From the NCBI GenBank assembly GCA_963665235.2, contig CAXXLX010000001.1, positions 64,001 through 128,000 on the forward strand: a DNA stretch of 64,000 nucleotides. The letters are read 5' to 3'. This document shows positions 57,711 to 64,000 of this stretch, one piece after another. Under the pieces are notes generated by a model. It saw only the letters and a list, made by a program, of their open reading frames with translations, was not told the DNA's origin and did no database searches. How positions within the stretch are numbered: position 1 is the stretch's first letter; each line of letters opens with the position of its first letter. This DNA comes from Candidatus Poribacteria bacterium. GTDB lineage: Bacteria; Poribacteria; WGA-4E; WGA-3G. A program made the position numbers and the translations under genes.

Positions 57711-57877
57711 AGACACTATAATGATTTAATCAGAGTACACCTGCGAACCTTGTAGGAGCGAGGTCCCCTCGCCCTGTTGTCCACATGGATAACCTCAAAG
57801 CGGGCGGGGAAACCCCACCCCTACGCCCCGCGCCTGCTAACGAAACAGAGGACTACAATTAAACCGGTATAATGTCT
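57711..57877. mobile_element. MITE family D with REP cargo and TTT target duplication
   Basis: Imperfect TIR AGACACTATAATGATTTAAT / ATTAAACCGGTATAATGTCT; TTT at 57708-10 and 57878-80; internal GTAGGAGCGAGGTCCCCTCGCCC and GGGCGGGGAAACCCCACCCCTAC. Confidence 0.8.
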
Positions 57878-58235
57878 TTTGGTTATAAGGAAAATTTCAC
57901 TTTTAGATTGGAACCACATCTTATTGATATCTTTCTTGAATGCGACTCTGAAATAGATCTTGCATTTGCTGATGGTTTAACAGCGGAAGAAGTGCACGAC
58001 CGCGTAGTCGCCCTCTATGAACAAAGAATCTCTGAACTTAATGATGCGGGTGAAATTGAGGCGGCTTCTACGCTGAGGGAGAACCTCGAGTATCTCTGTA
58101 CACCTTCAGTTAATCCAAGCTACGGGGATGGTCAAGCTTGTATCCTTAATAGTAACACTTAGGTATCGACGCATGAAAACGATTTTTGAAGCAAAGTAAC
58201 ATCTCACAGCCCATTCAGGTGGTTTCGTAGGGCTA

Positions 58236-58577
58236 CTAGGATTGGCAAGAGAAGTTAGAGCAGATATTCCCGCGCTTACGTCGAACTATCCAACAACCCC
58301 AGAAAAGCGGAAGCAGGACGAAGAATAATATTTTGAATGCTACAAGGCGTTTTTCCGCATGCAAGGTAAAACGAACATGGTGTTTCTCCGGGACGTATAC
58401 CTCACCCCACCAGTCAGCGGTGACAGGTTGTCCTGAGGTTATCGTTTCCTGCAAAAGCTGATACGCATCTACCGGATGATGCGGTACAAGTAGGAATGAC
58501 AATCCAAACGCTAATACCCCTACACAAATTAAACTGAGTATGAAATAACCGGAGAGAGATAAACACTTCATGAACAT
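58236..58577 (-). CDS. Small two-transmembrane membrane protein
   Basis: GGAGG RBS and two hydrophobic segments. Confidence 0.55.
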   Translation of the reverse strand: MFMKCLSLSGYFILSLICVGVLAFGLSFLLVPHHPVDAYQLLQETITSGQPVTADWWGEVYVPEKHHVRFTLHAEKRLVAFKILFFVLLPLFWGCWIVRRKRGNICSNFSCQS

Positions 58578-58621
58578 TTTCTATACCTCCAATGGGATTT
58601 TGACTGTGCAGCAGGCCCATC

Positions 58622-60361
58622 CTACTTTTCCGGATGGAGATTATATTTGAGCACGTCATCTGCATCGGTAAAACGGACGTATAATCCCCAAGTCCAACCG
58701 TTCTGCTCAACGCTACACAAAATCTGGTTCCATCCCGCTTTTAGGTGACACGGAATTGCATCCGCATCCGGTGTTATCCGCCGATAAATCCGATTTTGGT
58801 GAATCTCTGTGCCATTTAACCAGACCTTAACCGTCTCATCGCTTCCTAACAGGAGGACAGTGTCCACGGCTTTCGGCGCATAGACGTAGGTGAACGCGTA
58901 TCCAATCCCGCGAGCATTCATGCCGATTTTCGAGCGGAAATTTAGCATACCGTTCGGTTGTGCAGCAGCTTCACGCCAACGGATAGTTTTATCATCAACG
59001 CCTTTGTGGGTTTCGCTCGGATTGAGCGATGGGAGTGTTGTTGTGTTTACATCTGTCTTCGGAAAGGGGCCTATAACCATGTAACGCTGAACAAACGGAG
59101 AGGCATGTCGGACCTGATAGGAATCGACCCCGACTTTGTAACCGATTGCTTCGGTTGATTTTCCAACGTTGCTTAAAGTGAGCGTGTTATCGCCTCGGTT
59201 CAGCGGTAGGACACCATAAGTTACCAGCGTCCCTGCGACCCGTTCGGGATGGTAGCAATTATAGGGTTGTCCGACTGCTGTGCCGTTGACTGTGAGTTGT
59301 GCATGTCCATATTCCGGGCCGCGCGTCAAAATAGCCCTGATTTCATAGCGGTTTGTATAGGGGGCTTCAACGTTTAGATGCACGACCGCCCCGGCGGTTT
59401 TAGCATTCAAGGCGACATGCCCACCATCGATATCAATTCCCGCCGCTCGATAGCTTTCTATCCGGTAGTCCGTCGACTGTTGGGCAATTAGCAAGGATGC
59501 GGCGGGTTGTGTGTTTTTAGGTGGCAATTTCCATGCTTTCTCATACCAAAATTGGGGCAGTGCATAGATGTCGCGTGCTTCGTTTGTGAGGTAAAGGTTG
59601 TACTCCTCGAAGCAGATTGCCTCGCCTGTAAAATTGTGTTGCAATACCCACGGTTTTCGGTTAATCATTTGTGTGAAGTTGTCCGCAGTGCCGTGATACA
59701 CCCAAAGGGAATTGTAGGTGCAAACAGCAAGCCGTTTTCCATCCGCTGATATTTCTGCACCTGTAACGAATTTTGCATCTGTGAGTTCGCCGACGCGTGT
59801 CAAAACTTGTTTGGTGTCCGCTTTCAATTCGGGAAACCGGTAAAGCACGGCGCGTTCTGCCTCCTTGGAGATGATATAGGGTATGCCGTTAGCGATAAAA
59901 AGCCCTTCTGCATCTACGTTCGTGTCGGGGTAGCGAAACGGATATTTTGCAATGATTTCTGTTTCTGTCTCCGTAAACGGGTTCGGTTCCGATGTGACGA
60001 GCACCTTCAGGTCAAATCGCATTCGGCTGTTATTGCCGATGTCGCCAATCCAGAGTTGTCCGTTATTATCAATACCGAGTGCTTCCCAGTCGACGTTTCG
60101 GGTGCCGCGTACCTGAATTTCTTGGATTAGCTCGCCGGTGCGTTTCGTTGCGTAAAGTACGGCAGGGTTGCCGGAGTCGTTCAATGTCCAATAGACCCCC
60201 TCAAACTGTCGGCTTGCGACGATGCCAGAGCTCTCTCGGATATCGGGATGTGTGTATTTTCCGAGGGGTTGCCACGGTGGCGCGCCGAACAGAGCTGGGT
60301 TTTCAGCAGTAGCAATTGTGGTCGCGAGGATAAAAATGAGAGCGTAACGGAGCAAATTCAT
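58622..60361 (-). CDS. Secreted multi-domain protein (beta-propeller + CBM-like + PA14-like)
   Basis: Signal peptide; ESSG..S...WTLNDSG, DWEAL, GDIGNN, DAEGL; C-terminal LLGSDETVKVWLNG...LKAGWN. Confidence 0.7.
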   Translation of the reverse strand: MNLLRYALIFILATTIATAENPALFGAPPWQPLGKYTHPDIRESSGIVASRQFEGVYWTLNDSGNPAVLYATKRTGELIQEIQVRGTRNVDWEALGIDNNGQLWIGDIGNNSRMRFDLKVLVTSEPNPFTETETEIIAKYPFRYPDTNVDAEGLFIANGIPYIISKEAERAVLYRFPELKADTKQVLTRVGELTDAKFVTGAEISADGKRLAVCTYNSLWVYHGTADNFTQMINRKPWVLQHNFTGEAICFEEYNLYLTNEARDIYALPQFWYEKAWKLPPKNTQPAASLLIAQQSTDYRIESYRAAGIDIDGGHVALNAKTAGAVVHLNVEAPYTNRYEIRAILTRGPEYGHAQLTVNGTAVGQPYNCYHPERVAGTLVTYGVLPLNRGDNTLTLSNVGKSTEAIGYKVGVDSYQVRHASPFVQRYMVIGPFPKTDVNTTTLPSLNPSETHKGVDDKTIRWREAAAQPNGMLNFRSKIGMNARGIGYAFTYVYAPKAVDTVLLLGSDETVKVWLNGTEIHQNRIYRRITPDADAIPCHLKAGWNQILCSVEQNGWTWGLYVRFTDADDVLKYNLHPEK

Positions 60362-60425
60362 GTCAATACCTGATTTTAAGTTTATGCAAATTATATACGA
60401 TACATCGGCAAAATTCAATATTAAA

Positions 60426-60578
60426 AACGCGAGTTTGAAAAAAGTTTTGACCTAGAGCGTTCTCTGGTAGTTTTAGCAAAAAACTGCACAAACTAGGAAG
60501 TATGTGCTACAATTATGCTGCTTTTTTCGCGGTGAAAAAGGTTTAGAGCAAACGGATATTTATTATCAAGCTCACGTT
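60426..60578 (-). mobile_element. MITE family A, copy 4 (inverted, closely similar to copy 3)
   Basis: AACGCGAGTTTGAAAA...TTATCAAGCTCACGTT with ATTAAA on both sides. Confidence 0.8.
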
Positions 60579-60741
60579 ATTAAAAAAATAGGTTGACATT
60601 TATTTAAAGATATGTTAAAATAGATGTAACCGAATAACTTGTGATGAAGTTTTTGTGTCATTAATTCACGTTTAACGTTTGCCGGGGTAAGTTTCACCCC
60701 CTGCTTTGTTTACTAAAAAATATAAAAAAAAGGATTGTTCC

Positions 60742-62082
60742 ATGAAAAAAAAACACTATTGCTATTGCGGTTTACTCCTTTTCGTCGTCATTATTATTTC
60801 TTGTGCTTCGCCGACGGAGCACCCGAGCGATTGGGAGCTGTTGAATTCGATTGAGAACGCTTTTGTTAGTATCGCGGCGCAAAGCAAACCTGCTATTGTG
60901 GGGGTTGTTGCGATGGATGTGCATCGCGCTGAACGTCTTCCCCGATTGGAGGGGTCCGGATTCATTTTTCGGGAAGATGGGTATATCCTAACGAATGACC
61001 ATATTGTACGCGGGGCAAGACACCTTCGAGTGAAACTGTTAGATGGCAGCACCCTTGAAGCGAAAATGGTCGGAACAGATGTTAGCACCGATATCGCTGT
61101 GCTAAAGGTGGATAGGGAAGAACCGTTTCCGATGCTAAAGTTGGCGGATTCAGCGAAGGTTCGGGTCGGTCAATTCGCTATCGCTATCGGTAATCCGTTT
61201 CGGCTCGATTACACTGTAACGACAGGGGTTGTCAGCGGTAAAAGCCGGGCTGTCCTTGGCGGTTCAAGCATCATTCGTTATCAAGATTTCATCCAAACGG
61301 ATGCCTGGATTAATACCGGCAGCAGCGGGGGACCTCTGCTGAATATCCGAGGTGAAGTGATAGGTATCAATGCGTTAATTCGGAAGACTGAAGACACGCC
61401 GGCCCCAGCAAGAGCAGGAGCCGGATTCGCAATTCCTAGCAATCTGATAAAAACAATTGGGAATCAACTGATTGTGAACGGTAAAGTTATCCGCGGTTAT
61501 CTCGGTATTCGGATGCAAGAGGTCCCGCAGGGCATCCGCGTTACAGGTGTAAATTTAGATACACCTGCGTACCGAGGTGGGTTAGTGCACAATGATATTA
61601 TCGTTGAATACAATGGGGAGCGGGTGCAAAAATCTATTGACCTCCAGCTGTTAGTTGCTGAATCGCAGGTCGGGAAGCAATCTATTATCAAGGTGTTGCG
61701 GCGGGGTAAGGAGAAATTGCTGAATGTGACTATCGGTGCAATGCCGCCGGAGCTAATGGGACAGTCTGTTGAGATTAAATCTGTTTCTTGGAAAACGCTT
61801 GGGTTAGCTGTGCGAAAATTGCGACCGGGGGATTTTGAGCGATATACCTATCTAACAGATGCGGACCGGGGGGTTATCGTTGAAAGGGTTAAGGAGAACG
61901 CCCCTGGATACAGGGCAAAGATTCCGCGCGGCGCGCTTATTATGGCTATTAACGGAAAAGAGATTCGCGATGTGCAAACCCTTGAAGCGTCACTGCAGCA
62001 AGCACAAGATGCACTCGAACTGATTCTCGATATTAAAAGTAGTCACGGCACAGAAAAGCTAACGGTGAAGTTGAAAGAATAG
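60742..62082 (+). CDS. HtrA/DegP-family serine protease lipoprotein with two PDZ domains
   Basis: GSGFI, TNDH, TDIAV, AIGNPF, IQTDAWINTGSSGGPL, GFAIP, RGYLGI. Confidence 0.92.
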   Translation: MKKKHYCYCGLLLFVVIIISCASPTEHPSDWELLNSIENAFVSIAAQSKPAIVGVVAMDVHRAERLPRLEGSGFIFREDGYILTNDHIVRGARHLRVKLLDGSTLEAKMVGTDVSTDIAVLKVDREEPFPMLKLADSAKVRVGQFAIAIGNPFRLDYTVTTGVVSGKSRAVLGGSSIIRYQDFIQTDAWINTGSSGGPLLNIRGEVIGINALIRKTEDTPAPARAGAGFAIPSNLIKTIGNQLIVNGKVIRGYLGIRMQEVPQGIRVTGVNLDTPAYRGGLVHNDIIVEYNGERVQKSIDLQLLVAESQVGKQSIIKVLRRGKEKLLNVTIGAMPPELMGQSVEIKSVSWKTLGLAVRKLRPGDFERYTYLTDADRGVIVERVKENAPGYRAKIPRGALIMAINGKEIRDVQTLEASLQQAQDALELILDIKSSHGTEKLTVKLKE

Positions 62083-62166
62083 CAATGCCTTGCGGGCGGG
62101 GAGACCCCGCCCCTACGAACAGAAGAAGCACGGCACAGAAAAGCTAACGGTGAAGTTGAAAGAATA
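62044..62166. repeat. 38-bp direct repeat of the degP 3' end bracketing a REP hairpin
   Basis: CACGGCACAGAAAAGCTAACGGTGAAGTTGAAAGAATA at 62044 and 62129, with GCGGGCGGGGAGACCCCGCCCCTAC between. Confidence 0.85.
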
Positions 62167-62196
62167 ATTAACCTGTAACGATATTGCGGAAAAATT

Positions 62197-64000
62197 ATGA
62201 CACAAATTTCTAAACCTCTCACACTTCGGGACATTTTTAGTCCTGGGGGTATTATCTCACAGCATCTGCCGATGTATGAGTTTCGGCAGGAGCAGCTTGC
62301 GATGGCGAATGCGGTTGCTCGCGCATTTGCTGCCTCGGAGCATCTGATTGTGGAAGCTGGGACTGGGGTAGGTAAAAGTTTTGCCTATCTGATACCCGCT
62401 GTCTCGCTATCGCTCAAGGCGAATCAGACAGTTGTCATTTCGACCAATACGATTAGTTTGCAGGAGCAGCTTGTTACGAAAGATATTCCGTTCCTTCAGC
62501 GTGTGCTTCCGCGTGATTTTAAAGCAGTTCTCGCCAAGGGCCGCCGCAACTATCTCTCTCGCCGCCGGCTGGACAGTCTACTCAATTATGAACGCGGTTT
62601 GTTTGAAACAAAAGAGGAGGCCGAACAGGTGCAGGACATTGTCGAATGGGTTAACGTGACAGAGGATGGAAGTCGTGCTGATCTGCCGAGGCAACCGATG
62701 CAGCAGGTTTGGGATAAGGTCGCCTCGGACCGGGATAACTGCCTGAGACACAGATGCCCTACATACAATACGTGTTTCTATTTCAAGGCGCGGAACGAGA
62801 TGTACGATGCTGATCTGCTGATTGTGAATCATCATCTGCTTTTTAGCGATTTGGCGATTCGGAGTGTCGCTCCCGGCTCCGGTATTCTTCCCGATTATGA
62901 CTATCTGATTCTGGACGAAGCCCATCACTTGGAAGCCACAGCAACACGGCACGGCAGTTTGGAGGTCAGCAACACCCGTATCAAATGGTTTTTCGACTCA
63001 CTGCACAACCCGAAAAACGACAGTGGGGCGGCAGCACGTTTCAACTCACCACACCTAATAGCAGAGGTAGCCGATGCACGCGAACAGGCAAACCTACTGT
63101 TTGAAACAGCTTTTGAAAACCTCGGAGATGCAAATGCCGATAGGCACACTGTGACAAAACGGATTGAACCGGAGAATCTGACGAAAATTTTTCAGAAAGG
63201 CAATCTGTTAGATAGTCCTTTGGCACGTCTTGAAAGGACGCTTAAACAGTTGCAACATACCGCACAAACAGAGGATGATGAACAGGAGCTTAACTCCCAT
63301 TATAGTCAATGCCAAAACCTGCGAGCGGACCTGGACCTAATGATTCAGCATACGGACCCTGGTTATGTCTATTGGGCGGAAGCCTCAACATCGCGAGGGA
63401 TGCCGCGGATTGTTCTGAATGCTACCCCGGTGAATATCAGCCGGATGTTGCGTGAAAATCTCTTCACCGAAAAGCAGAGCGTTATAATGACGAGTGCTAC
63501 ACTTGCGACTAATCGGAATTTTGATTATTTCAAAGAGCGCATCGGTATCCAAGAATGTCGCGAGCTGCTGGTAGATTCGCCATTTGACTTTAAGCGACAA
63601 GTCCAAATTCATATCCCGCGTAGGATGCCACACCCGAATAGCGATGAATTTACACCAGCGGCGATTCGGGAGATTAAACACTACCTCAAGTTGACACACG
63701 GCAAAGCGTTTGTGCTTTTTACCAGCTACAAGATGATGGATGAGGTTTACGAGGAGGTTGCGCCATATTTAGAGCTGCTCAGTATTGATGTCTTCAAACA
63801 GGGGGGTGAATTGTCACGGACAGATATGCTACAAGCGTTTCGTGAGGATACACATTCGGTCCTGTTTGGGACAACCAGTTTTTGGGAGGGTGTTGATGTA
63901 CGCGGGGAGGCGTTGAGTAATGTTATCATCACGCGACTGCCGTTTGAAGTACCGAAGCACCCTGTGATGGAGGCGCGTGTTAAAGAGATTAAGGAACGGG
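62197..64000 (+). CDS. DinG/YoaA-family ATP-dependent helicase (partial, runs off window end)
   Basis: Manual translation: RQEQ, EAGTGVGKS, KGRRNY, VNHHLL, LDEAHH, TSATL, SPF, LFTSY, SFWEGVDV, RLPF. Confidence 0.92.
   Translation, partial: MTQISKPLTLRDIFSPGGIISQHLPMYEFRQEQLAMANAVARAFAASEHLIVEAGTGVGKSFAYLIPAVSLSLKANQTVVISTNTISLQEQLVTKDIPFLQRVLPRDFKAVLAKGRRNYLSRRRLDSLLNYERGLFETKEEAEQVQDIVEWVNVTEDGSRADLPRQPMQQVWDKVASDRDNCLRHRCPTYNTCFYFKARNEMYDADLLIVNHHLLFSDLAIRSVAPGSGILPDYDYLILDEAHHLEATATRHGSLEVSNTRIKWFFDSLHNPKNDSGAAARFNSPHLIAEVADAREQANLLFETAFENLGDANADRHTVTKRIEPENLTKIFQKGNLLDSPLARLERTLKQLQHTAQTEDDEQELNSHYSQCQNLRADLDLMIQHTDPGYVYWAEASTSRGMPRIVLNATPVNISRMLRENLFTEKQSVIMTSATLATNRNFDYFKERIGIQECRELLVDSPFDFKRQVQIHIPRRMPHPNSDEFTPAAIREIKHYLKLTHGKAFVLFTSYKMMDEVYEEVAPYLELLSIDVFKQGGELSRTDMLQAFREDTHSVLFGTTSFWEGVDVRGEALSNVIITRLPFEVPKHPVMEARVKEIKER

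Larger units (their letters stand above)
56009..58162 (+). pseudogene. Clan CD (caspase/gingipain-fold)-like protease gene interrupted twice
   Basis: Removing 56253-57573 and 57711-57880 gives one frame: ...ITGSGHGNYTTYIGNDNLPIFQVG...VHLISCQTAAELG...CRAYFGYKENFTF... Confidence 0.75.

Noticed and set aside
1-64000. tRNA or rRNA genes, prophage, integrase
   Set aside because: None recognised by eye; tRNAscan-SE and cmscan would be needed to exclude them.

Overview
Bacterial chromosomal window, most likely Candidatus Poribacteria. This is inferred from secreted proteins ending in the 'V.P..KL.TTW..IK' motif, a DUF6785-like membrane protein, TPR and FGE-fold proteins and dense small repeats. Housekeeping and envelope genes: two GT9 and one GT1 glycosyltransferases, pyrK, bioB, nadA, nnr, ileS, an HtrA/DegP protease and a DinG-like helicase. 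Accessory genes: a type IIG restriction-modification enzyme, a frameshifted HEAT-repeat/DNA-methyltransferase fusion, three tandem trypsin-TPR paralogues, and a 3885-aa Ig-repeat surface protein followed by a PorV-like gene. The mobilome is rich: an IS200/605 tnpB element, an IS607 with truncated tnpB, an apparently intact IsrB + omegaRNA element whose guide and ATGA TAM can be read from the interrupted host gene, and a protein-free IS605 derivative carrying a promoter, a pseudoknotted RNA and a reRNA-like end. At least five MITE shells carry exchangeable REP-like cargo, and one of them inserted twice into the TATAAT box of another element's promoter. The best unannotated regulatory signal is an Ile-rich leader-peptide attenuator upstream of a GVHH-type ileS. 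All calls are by eye; no searches were run.
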